Shown: positions 1 through 6,907 of the stretch, in pieces
How the letters are laid out: every line of letters starts with the position of its first letter
Numbering within the stretch: position 1 is the stretch's first letter
IMG/VR virus record: IMGVR_UViG_3300020044_006781
Coordinates: 1 to 32,867 of that record
Direction: 5' to 3' (one strand)
Length of the DNA: 32,867 nucleotides
Origin: a virus
Taxonomy: Duplodnaviria; Caudoviricetes
Translations under genes and position numbers: made by a program
Notes under the pieces: generated by a model
What the model was told of the DNA's origin: nothing
What the model saw: the letters and a program-made list of their open reading frames with translations, nothing else
The model's database searches: none

Positions 1-231
1 TACATAGCGATCATTCTAGGCGAACTGGCCCGCAAGCTCGAACGAGAGCGCGACTACTGGAAAAACAAGCGCACGCTGGAACTCGCAAGCATGGAGCCGC
101 TCCATCACCACGAATGGAGCGACGGAGCAAAAGTGAAAATCCCCGGCAAAGAGTGGAGGCTGGAATGCTGCCGATGTGGCGCTACACGCCAGAAGCTGGG
201 ATCGCTGATTCTTTCGGAGAATATCGCATAG
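1..231 (+). CDS. Partial hypothetical protein (5' end outside window), Cys motif CCRC
   Basis: Frame 1 is open from base 1 to TAG at 229-231 (…WRLECCRCGATRQKLGSLILSENIA*), 3 nt before the terminase ATG. Confidence 0.55.
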   Translation, partial: YIAIILGELARKLERERDYWKNKRTLELASMEPLHHHEWSDGAKVKIPGKEWRLECCRCGATRQKLGSLILSENIA

Positions 232-234
232 TCC

Positions 235-1938
235 ATGACCCCCGCCGCCGAAAAACTCAGGGAACATATCCGCAACATCTACGCACCGATTGACCGGCGC
301 GGCGTGGTCCAATGGGCGAGCGATGAAGTCATCCTCAGCGAGCGGCAAACCCAGATGCCCGGGCCGTTCTCGACCGCGATGACGCCGTATCTCAATGAGC
401 CGCTCGAATGCTTTGCCGACGTTGACGTTAGCGACCTAGTGCTAGTGTTTGGGACTCAGCTGGGTAAGACTACCATGATCCAAATCGGGACGGCGTGGCG
501 CATCTGCAACAAGCCTCAGCCGATCTTGTGGGTCATGCCCAACAAGGAGCTTGCGGAGTCATTTTCTGAAACGCGATGGATGCCGCTGTTTGATGACAGC
601 CCAACGCTAGCAGATCAGAAGCCTGCCAACGTCCACAAGTTCCGAAAGACCGAGCAGCATTTCAAACGGGCAACGTGCAACTTTGTCGGGTCCAACTCAC
701 CATCTCAACTAGCGTCCAGACCAGCGGGACAAGTCAACCAAGATGAGATTGATAAATTTGCAAAGGAGACAGATACCGAAACATCTGCCGTGCATCTAGC
801 AGATAACCGAACAAAGAGTTTCATCGGATCACTTCGCGTCAAGACCTCTACCCCTACCACCGTTGACGGTCCAATCTGGCAGGAGTATCTAAAAGGCACA
901 CAGGAAAAGTTTCTGCTTCCCTGCCCGCATTGTGGCGAGCGCATCGAGTTACTATGGGAACAAGTCCGATGGGACAAGGAAGCCAAGACAGATGACAAGT
1001 GGGATATGTCGAAGGTCGAAGAGTCCGCGCATTATGAATGCCAGCATTGCAAGGAGTCTATCAATGACGGTATGAAAATGGAGATGCTCCAAGAGGGAAT
1101 CTGGGAAGCTCAGAATCCATCCGCGCAGAAAGGCTTTCGTTCGTTTCATCTAAATTCGCTTTATGCTCCTTGGCGTTCATGTTCCTTCGGGGCATTGGCG
1201 GTTAAGTTTCTGAGGGATACGGAGACCATGAATGGACTCCAGGACTTTACAAATAGCGCGATGGCAATGCCATGGGAGCAGGTAGAGACTAGCATCACCG
1301 ATGCTCGAATCTTAGGACTAAAGGGAGACTATGAGCAGGGCACTTGCCCGATAGATAACCCATCCTCCGTGGTGATATGTGCTGACCCAGGACAGAGTGA
1401 AACGCATTATGTAGTTACTGCATTCGATGCCGACGGCGCTGGATATGTGATAGATTACGCGACATGCCTAGCAGTTGAGGACTTGCTTGACCTCATAGGC
1501 AAAGAGTATCCGACGCCAAGCGGGGAGATGGTCCAAGCTGAATGCGGGTTGATAGACTCGGGCTGGGCGACTTATCGCTGCTATCAGACATGCGCTGATA
1601 GCGGCGGATTCTTTCACGCGGCCAAAGGATCAGGCGCGACGTTTGGAGGTAAGATTTCCAAGACTATCATTGAGCAATACCCCGGCATTGTCCTCTATGG
1701 TTACGTTGACCATTCGCTCAAGACTGAGCTATACATAACGCGCATCAAAGACAGCAAGCCGCCGATTCAGATTCCTAAAAAGATCACCAAGGAGTTTCTC
1801 AAGGGCATCTCAGGGCAAAAGCTGGTGAAGCGTAAGACTCCTAGCGGGCAGATTCTTGTGTTCAAGGACATCGCGCATGACCACTACGGCGACGCTTTGA
1901 AATTGTGCTGTGTCGCTTGGCACATTCTCAAGAACTAG
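235..1938 (+). CDS. terL: Terminase large subunit, lambda GpA family
   Basis: Walker A-like GTQLGKT, Walker B VNQDEID, KTSTPT motif, CPHC…CQHC zinc module, SFHLNSLYAPW, C-terminal nuclease acidic motifs (ADPG, IDSG, DHYGD). Confidence 0.95.
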   Translation: MTPAAEKLREHIRNIYAPIDRRGVVQWASDEVILSERQTQMPGPFSTAMTPYLNEPLECFADVDVSDLVLVFGTQLGKTTMIQIGTAWRICNKPQPILWVMPNKELAESFSETRWMPLFDDSPTLADQKPANVHKFRKTEQHFKRATCNFVGSNSPSQLASRPAGQVNQDEIDKFAKETDTETSAVHLADNRTKSFIGSLRVKTSTPTTVDGPIWQEYLKGTQEKFLLPCPHCGERIELLWEQVRWDKEAKTDDKWDMSKVEESAHYECQHCKESINDGMKMEMLQEGIWEAQNPSAQKGFRSFHLNSLYAPWRSCSFGALAVKFLRDTETMNGLQDFTNSAMAMPWEQVETSITDARILGLKGDYEQGTCPIDNPSSVVICADPGQSETHYVVTAFDADGAGYVIDYATCLAVEDLLDLIGKEYPTPSGEMVQAECGLIDSGWATYRCYQTCADSGGFFHAAKGSGATFGGKISKTIIEQYPGIVLYGYVDHSLKTELYITRIKDSKPPIQIPKKITKEFLKGISGQKLVKRKTPSGQILVFKDIAHDHYGDALKLCCVAWHILKN

Positions 1939-2171
1939 CATCCTTTTCATTTATCAAAAATAAAACTTGTAGACAATACCCCCTTGACCCAAATGGAATT
2001 TTTGAAGGAAAATTCACGATTCCGAATCTAGTCTGTGTGAAATGCGGATGGGATAAAGCCCCTTGTGATCGCCATAGGATTAATCCAAAAGTAGGGTATA
2101 TCCATTCCAATGTTTTAGTGCTTTGCCCTAATTGTCATCGTCTGGAGCACCATGGAAAAAGCAAATCCTAG
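1905..2171 (+). CDS. HNH endonuclease domain, possibly an N-terminally truncated remnant
   Basis: CVKCG…DRHRI…NVLVLCPNCHRLEH is an HNH zinc motif. The segment is AT-rich and has only a TTG start overlapping terL. Confidence 0.6.
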   Translation: MLCRLAHSQELASFSFIKNKTCRQYPLDPNGIFEGKFTIPNLVCVKCGWDKAPCDRHRINPKVGYIHSNVLVLCPNCHRLEHHGKSKS

Positions 2172-2194
2172 AATCACACCCCGCCCGCCATGGC

Positions 2195-2264
2195 AAGAAA
2201 AACTTTTGAAAAGATTTATGAAAAAAGATCTTGTGAACGTAGCCCGTTACGGTATGAGTTGCGC
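2195..2264 (+). promoter_or_regulatory. Putative sigma70-type promoter of the inserted accessory operon (leaderless first gene)
   Basis: A/T-tract UP-like region, TTGTGA (2231-2236), 16 nt, TATGAG (2253-2258), ATG at 2265. Confidence 0.4.
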
Positions 2265-2459
2265 ATGTCCAACACCAACCGCACCGCCCAAGAATACCAA
2301 GCCGCTCTCATCGCTCTCCAAACCGAGCAATCCGGCATCAAAGGAAACTGCACCCGCGCAGCCCGCGCAAGATTCCACGCAATCACCGCCGAGTTCTTCG
2401 CCCTGAAAGCCGAATGGAAAAAGGCCAGTGATGCAGGCCAATGCCAACCAACCGCCTGA
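2265..2459 (+). CDS. Small hypothetical protein (MSNTNRTAQ…)
   Basis: ATG 2265 in the 2190..2459 frame; abuts the next ATG at 2460. Confidence 0.6.
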   Translation: MSNTNRTAQEYQAALIALQTEQSGIKGNCTRAARARFHAITAEFFALKAEWKKASDAGQCQPTA

Positions 2460-2666
2460 ATGACAACGAAATCCTACTGGGAAAAATACTGGGACTCCAT
2501 AATCGGCAGGATGAAGGCCGAGGGAGCCACCAGCAACAGCGACGTGGAAATCAGCCGATGCCTCAGCGGCTGCGTGGCTGGTACTCTGCTCATGGAAACC
2601 GCCAGAGCGGCACGCGAGGACGGTCTGTTCCGATGGGATGGCGCGGAAAAAATCCGCAAAGCCTAA
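2460..2666 (+). CDS. Small hypothetical protein
   Basis: 68 aa ORF directly after the previous stop. Confidence 0.55.
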   Translation: MTTKSYWEKYWDSIIGRMKAEGATSNSDVEISRCLSGCVAGTLLMETARAAREDGLFRWDGAEKIRKA

Positions 2667-2709
2667 TACAACCCAATCTGGATCCAATCCCCCGCCAACC
2701 ATCACCCCC

Positions 2710-2796
2710 ATGCCAACCATCTCCACACTCGAATCACAACTCGCCGAACTCGACGCCATCTTGGCGCGGATTGCGGCAATACTCCCGAATCCATGA
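2710..2796 (+). CDS. 28 aa peptide MPTISTLESQLAELDAILARIAAILPNP
   Basis: A/C-rich leader like other genes here; its stop overlaps the next start (ATGA at 2793). Confidence 0.45.
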   Translation: MPTISTLESQLAELDAILARIAAILPNP

Positions 2797-2987
2797 ACTG
2801 CCCTAACTGCAACCACCATATCCAAGAATCCGCCATCTCTCGCCACTTCGCCAGCAAGGGCGGGGCAAAGTCCAAGCGGAAGATCACGCCGGAGCAACAG
2901 GCGATGATGCAGGATGCCAAGCGGGCTATGAAGAATCTCAGGCAATTGCCACCTAACAATAACAACACAGATGAAAACACCAACTAA
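2793..2987 (+). CDS. Small CxxC, basic (SKGG) hypothetical protein
   Basis: MNCPNC…ASKGGAKSKRK; overlaps the start of the RAMP gene. Confidence 0.55.
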   Translation: MNCPNCNHHIQESAISRHFASKGGAKSKRKITPEQQAMMQDAKRAMKNLRQLPPNNNNTDENTN

Positions 2988-3612
2988 AAAAATCGAAACC
3001 GAAACCGTCCAAATCACAGCGCCGAGAATCGCCACGGCGGTATTCAAGATCGTCGGCACGGCACCATATATCCAGCTCCGATTTTCGGAAAAGGCAATCA
3101 ATGCCATGCGGGAAAAGCACGAGGCGGGAAGCCAGGCTAACAAAAAGAAATCCAAGGATGCTCGGGATTTCAATCAAGATTTCCTGCAAGCTCAGCACAT
3201 GAGCGACGACAAAAAGCCATGGAACGGCATCCCCGCTAGCGCATTTCGCAACGGCATGATCTCCGCTTGCCGCCTTGTAGGTTTTAAAATGACCCTTGCC
3301 AAGCTGTCAGTATTTATCCTTCCAGATGGCTTCGACCGGGTTGACGGCGTGCCACTCATTAAAATCAACGGCACTCCTGAAAGCCACCTTATGCACGCCC
3401 GCAACGCAACCGGAGTGTGTGATTTGCGAGTGCGGGCGAAATTTTGGCCATGGTCTGCCGATGTCAGAGTGCAATACGATGCGGACCAGTTCACCGCGAC
3501 CGACGCCGCAAATTTGATGACCAGAGTGGGGGCGCAAGTCGGAATCGGAGAGGGGAGACCAGATTCTAAAATGTCTGCCGGCATGGGGTGGGGCACATTT
3601 AAACTCGGATAA
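2971..3612 (+). CDS. Stand-alone RAMP/Cas7-like RNA-binding protein (Vipr-like)
   Basis: N-terminal strand FKIVGTAPY, GIPASAFRNGM (cf. RAMP IPxSSxKG), C-terminal glycine-rich loop VGIGEGRP…GMGWGTF. No other cas genes in the window; directly followed by a GGC-NN array. Confidence 0.8.
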   Translation: MKTPTKKIETETVQITAPRIATAVFKIVGTAPYIQLRFSEKAINAMREKHEAGSQANKKKSKDARDFNQDFLQAQHMSDDKKPWNGIPASAFRNGMISACRLVGFKMTLAKLSVFILPDGFDRVDGVPLIKINGTPESHLMHARNATGVCDLRVRAKFWPWSADVRVQYDADQFTATDAANLMTRVGAQVGIGEGRPDSKMSAGMGWGTFKLG

Positions 3613-3623
3613 TAATTTCCGAC

Positions 3624-3645
3624 GCCGTGGCGGATAACCCACGGC
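3624..3645 (+). other. Hairpin between the RAMP gene and array 1
   Basis: GCCGTGG-8 nt-CCACGGC perfect 7-bp stem with no U tract. Confidence 0.5.
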
Positions 3646-3687
3646 AAGCCAAAACGCTAACATGCACGCTAACCAACCAACCACCTA

Positions 3688-3805
3688 CGCAGGCGTGGCG
3701 TGGCGTGGCCCGGCGCGGCAGGGCACGGCACGGCATCGCAGGCCGGGCGAGGCTCGGCCGGGCGAGGCACGGCTCGGCAGGGCATCGCAGGCATAGCACA
3801 AACCG
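3688..3805 (+). ncRNA. GGC-NN pentamer array 1 (two 8-pentamer units), putative guide RNA precursor
   Basis: GGC every 5 nt from 3692. NN = GT GT GT CC GC AG AC AC, then GGCATCGCA, then CG GA TC CG GA AC TC AG, then GGCATCGCA and the tail GGCATAGCACAAACCG. Confidence 0.85.
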
Positions 3806-3858
3806 GACTGGAGCGACCGGGGTATAAATACCCGCTCCAATTTACCACAAACCGAACA

Positions 3859-4305
3859 ATGACAACAGCACAAAAAACAACAGCATCAGACGCAATCCGC
3901 GCACTAGCACAAAAACACGGCAAGATTACGGCGGAAATCGTCTTGAAAGCAGCCGAAAAGAAATCGTCACCGCTCCACAGCCATTTCGATTGGGATGACT
4001 CCTCGGCGGCTAGGCGATACCGACTGACTCAAGCCAGCGAACTTATCCGGCGAATCAAAGTCGAATACGTCGTTTCTGAGACGAATACCGTTAAAGTAAG
4101 AGCGTTTCACAATGTTTCTAACCAAGCTGAGGAAGATCCAGAAAACTATTACGTGACACTTGCCGAAGCTCTATCAGTTGAGAGCTACCACGACCAGCTT
4201 ATGGAAAACTGCAAGCGGGACATCATTGCGTTTCGCGCGAAATACGCAGCGCTCACTGAGTGTGAAAAAATCATGCAAGCCATGGGTGAATTGATCGAAT
4301 CTTAG
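3859..4305 (+). CDS. Conserved phage hypothetical protein, accessory to the RAMP/array locus
   Basis: Likely start ATG 3859 (MTTAQK…) after an A/C-rich leader; motif SPLHSHFDWDDSSAARRYRLTQASELIR; lies between the two arrays. Confidence 0.8.
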   Translation: MTTAQKTTASDAIRALAQKHGKITAEIVLKAAEKKSSPLHSHFDWDDSSAARRYRLTQASELIRRIKVEYVVSETNTVKVRAFHNVSNQAEEDPENYYVTLAEALSVESYHDQLMENCKRDIIAFRAKYAALTECEKIMQAMGELIES

Positions 4306-4456
4306 CCATCGCAGGCACGGCAAGGCCCGGCGTGGCAAGGCCTGGCACGGCATCGCAGGCATGGCGAGGCGCGGCGGGGCAGGGCGAGGCAAGGCATCGC
4401 AGGCCGGGCGAGGCGCGGCGCGGCTCGGCATGGCATCGCAGGCATAGCACAAACCG
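4305..4456 (+). ncRNA. GGC-NN pentamer array 2 (units of 7, 7 and 6 pentamers), putative guide RNA precursor
   Basis: After GCCATCGCA: AC AA CC GT AA CT AC / AT GA GC GG AG GA AA / CG GA GC GC TC AT, each unit closed by GGCATCGCA, with the same tail GGCATAGCACAAACCG as array 1. Confidence 0.85.
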
Positions 4457-4488
4457 CAAGCAGGGGAGCGGAGTATAAAAACCAGCAG

Positions 4489-4516
4489 GCCGGAAGGGGA
4501 AACCTTTCCGGCTTTT
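4489..4516 (+). terminator. Intrinsic terminator closing the RAMP/array operon
   Basis: GCCGGAAGGG-GAAA-CCTTTCCGGC followed by TTTT. Confidence 0.75.
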
Positions 4517-4555
4517 CCACTTGACCAATCCCCACCCGCATGATTGATTGCCCCT

Positions 4556-4617
4556 GCCATGTTGCATAAAGCGGCGGACTAATATCCGCAGTTGGTGAAA
4601 ATCCAACCATGGCGCCA
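4556..4617 (+). ncRNA. Minimal tRNA-like RNA with CCA end
   Basis: Acceptor GCCATG/CATGGC + G-CCA; T arm GTTGG-TGAAAAT-CCAAC; anticodon-like arm GCGGA-CTAATA-TCCGC; D arm reduced. Confidence 0.6.
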
Positions 4618-4620
4618 AAA

Positions 4621-4695
4621 GTTTCCCTCGTCTAACGGATAAGACTGCCGGATTCTACCCGGCTAATGGAGGTTCGATTCCTTCGGGAGACACCA
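4621..4695 (+). tRNA. trnR: tRNA-Arg(TCT)
   Basis: Acceptor GTTTCCC/GGGAGAC, D stem GTCT/AGAC with GGA (A20), anticodon arm GCCGG-ATTCTAC-CCGGC, T arm GGAGG-TTCGATT-CCTTC, A-CCA end. Confidence 0.92.
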
Positions 4696-4840
4696 TTTTC
4701 CAGCGGTGACAAGCACGTATCGAAAGAGAAGCGACCCACCGGGACCGGATCGAAAACGTGAGGGGTGCACCCCAAAACCGTCAATGGAATAGAGCCGCAT
4801 CGCACGTTATCCGGCGTAAGAAGCCGATGCAGTTGGAAAG
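4696..4840 (+). ncRNA. Putative structured non-coding RNA (about 145 nt)
   Basis: Ends pair (TTTCCAGC/GTTGGAAA). Internal stems CACGT/ACGTG, GGGG-TGCA-CCCC, GCATCG/CGATGC. Lies between the tRNA CCA and a terminator. Confidence 0.5.
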
Positions 4841-4842
4841 CT

Positions 4843-4875
4843 AGCCCGCCCTCAGCAATGGGGGCGGGTTTTTTT
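4843..4875 (+). terminator. Intrinsic terminator
   Basis: GCCCGCCCTCA-GCAA-TGGGGGCGGGT plus a T tract. Confidence 0.85.
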
Positions 4876-4892
4876 GACTCCTCCGCAAGGGC

Positions 4893-5159
4893 ATGATCGA
4901 CATCGCCGGAATCAAGGCCTACCTACGGCGCACGAAATGCGCGTCTGAACTCGAAGCATTGGCCGATGCCTGCTATTCTGAGGCAACGGAAACGGTAACG
5001 ATTACCAGCATCTCAGCCGAGGGGACTAGCTCAAGCGGTCAAATCAACTTCCCGAAAGGTTTGCTACTCCAAGCCATCGAAGAGATCCTAGCCGAGCCTA
5101 GAGGCGGGAGGCAGCTTGGATCGGTGCTAGTCCGTAGCGATCACAATTCGCCAGTGTGA
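4893..5159 (+). CDS. Probable head-to-tail joining protein (lambda gpW position)
   Basis: 88 aa ORF immediately before a lambda-type portal; assignment is by synteny. Confidence 0.55.
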   Translation: MIDIAGIKAYLRRTKCASELEALADACYSEATETVTITSISAEGTSSSGQINFPKGLLLQAIEEILAEPRGGRQLGSVLVRSDHNSPV

Positions 5160-5181
5160 TTTTGACACCCCATTGATTTCG

Positions 5182-6903
5182 ATGGGTGAAATCAAAAATT
5201 CAAAGGGCAGGGGGGGCGCACGGGCGGGGGCAGGCAGACCACGGAAGGAAACGCCACGCAACGCAGCATTTGAGGCTGGCGAGCAATCCACCGAGCGCGG
5301 GGTCATCTTTCTCAATACCGTCGATCCCAAGCGCGAGCTGACCCCGCAGACTCGGATCAAGATCCTCGAAAAGTGCCGATGGATCTATAACAATACCGGG
5401 GTGGGTGCCTACCTCATTGAGCATCTAGCGCAACGGGCGGTAGGGACTGGCATCGTTTGTAAAGCTCGCACCTCAAACCCAGAATGGAACCGACTAGCAG
5501 AACGAGCGTTTGAAAACCGAGCTTGTGCTGAGGCATGGGCATTCGACGCATCCGCACAGGTCAATTTCTACGGGGCGCAAAGCCTCATCCTCCGTCAAGT
5601 CGCCTGCGACGGGGACTTCTTCGCGCAGTTTCTAACCACTCAATCAGGAGGCGCAAGGGTTCGATTCATCGGGGCGGAAGCCGTTGGAGGCAGCTATCTC
5701 AAACAGGATGGCTTTTACGACGGGGTAAGAGTTGATAAGTTTGGCGCTCCTGTTAGTTTTAACGTCACCACGGACCGATTCAAGAATGAATCCGTAACGG
5801 TGCCGGCATCGGACATGATGCAGTTTCGCCACATTCGCCGCGCAGGCTACGTGCGGGGGGTTAGCTGGCTCCACGGGGCAGCGATGAACCTGCAAGACCT
5901 CAGCGAGATCCTAGCCTATACCAAGGGAGCATTTAAGGCAGGGGCACAGATCGGTTACACGATCACCTCACAAGAGGCATCAAACATCGGACTAGGCGCG
6001 AACAAGAACAAGTCTCTGACCGTGGAGGGCAAAGAGGTTAACACCGATTCCCTCTACAACGGCACGATCATTCCCAAGCTCAAGCCCGGGGAAAAGATTG
6101 AATCATTCAAAAACGATCACCCAGGCGAAAGTTTCGAGCCGATGATGCGCTACGTCATGGGCGAGGTTGCGCGGGCCGTGGGGCTACCTCCAGAGGCTCT
6201 AATGATTTTCGTGGGAGCATCCGGCACAGAGTTTCGTGGGTTGCTTGAAGTAGCTCAAAACTTCTTGGAGCGATTGCAACAGATGCTGGTCGATCAATTC
6301 TGCCGACCTTTTTGGAAGTTTTGGATCTATCAGGAGATCAAAGCAGGGCGTTTGCCATACCCCGGTGATGACTGGTGGCAGTGTGAGTTCATCCCGCCGA
6401 AGAAAATCACCGTGGATAACGGGCGCGATGGCAGGCTCTACATTGACCTACTTGAAAAGGGCCTGATGAGTTTCGAGCGTTACGCAAACCTTCACGGGTT
6501 TGATGCAGAAAGCGAAGAGGATGACATTCTTGACACTTTCGAGCGGCGCAAAGCTAAGTGTGAAGCCAGGGGGCTAAACATGGCAGAAGTCTTTCCGATT
6601 CAAGGCACAGGAGCAGCACCATCGCCAGCAAGCAGTGAGCCAGCAACTAGCGACATCGAAATGCAAAAAGCTCTCATGGATGCCTATGGCGTCGGAGTTC
6701 GCGCAGGTTGCATCACTCCTAACGATCAAGATGAAACCATATTCCGCGAATCGCTTGGACTCCCTGCCATGAATGCAAACGTAATATCCGCATGGGCAGA
6801 CGATGAGGGCGTTCGCCGTCCAATCACCCTTGTCGGAAAAGACGGGGCATTAGGTGAGACTGCCGCAACCGAAAACTCAGATTCTAACTCAACCGAAAAC
6901 TAA
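5182..6903 (+). CDS. Portal protein, lambda gpB family
   Basis: DGDFF, DGVRVDKFGAPVSF, VRGVSWL, LKPGEKI, QFCRPFW motifs; likely ATG 5182. Confidence 0.9.
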   Translation: MGEIKNSKGRGGARAGAGRPRKETPRNAAFEAGEQSTERGVIFLNTVDPKRELTPQTRIKILEKCRWIYNNTGVGAYLIEHLAQRAVGTGIVCKARTSNPEWNRLAERAFENRACAEAWAFDASAQVNFYGAQSLILRQVACDGDFFAQFLTTQSGGARVRFIGAEAVGGSYLKQDGFYDGVRVDKFGAPVSFNVTTDRFKNESVTVPASDMMQFRHIRRAGYVRGVSWLHGAAMNLQDLSEILAYTKGAFKAGAQIGYTITSQEASNIGLGANKNKSLTVEGKEVNTDSLYNGTIIPKLKPGEKIESFKNDHPGESFEPMMRYVMGEVARAVGLPPEALMIFVGASGTEFRGLLEVAQNFLERLQQMLVDQFCRPFWKFWIYQEIKAGRLPYPGDDWWQCEFIPPKKITVDNGRDGRLYIDLLEKGLMSFERYANLHGFDAESEEDDILDTFERRKAKCEARGLNMAEVFPIQGTGAAPSPASSEPATSDIEMQKALMDAYGVGVRAGCITPNDQDETIFRESLGLPAMNANVISAWADDEGVRRPITLVGKDGALGETAATENSDSNSTEN

Positions 6904-6907
6904 CACC

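Noticed and set aside
205-231. attC-like left arm at the end of the first ORF (TTCTTTCGGAGAAT)
   Set aside because: Core is AAT rather than AAC and no right arm follows; suggestive only.
2247-3173. 308 aa minus-strand ORF and other long antisense ORFs
   Set aside because: Shadows of coupled + strand genes with no recognisable motifs.
3599-3923. ORFs on both strands across array 1, including the 3700 start for the accessory gene
   Set aside because: Their low-complexity Arg/Gly/Ala/Pro translations arise because GGC-NN repeats contain no stops; a 5-nt period does not fit coding. ATG 3859 has the typical leader.
3688-4456. Classical CRISPR array or simple microsatellite
   Set aside because: No 23-50 nt repeats with unique spacers. 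Strict GGC conservation with free NN and fixed delimiters does not fit slippage.
4174-4618. Three minus-strand ORFs over array 2
   Set aside because: Same artefact; they also overlap the terminator, and two overlap the tRNA-like RNA.
4652-4660. Amber suppressor reading (CTA) of the tRNA
   Set aside because: The stem GCCGG/CCGGC centres TCT in a 7-nt loop, A20 and A73 fit Arg identity, and TAG is used as a normal stop.
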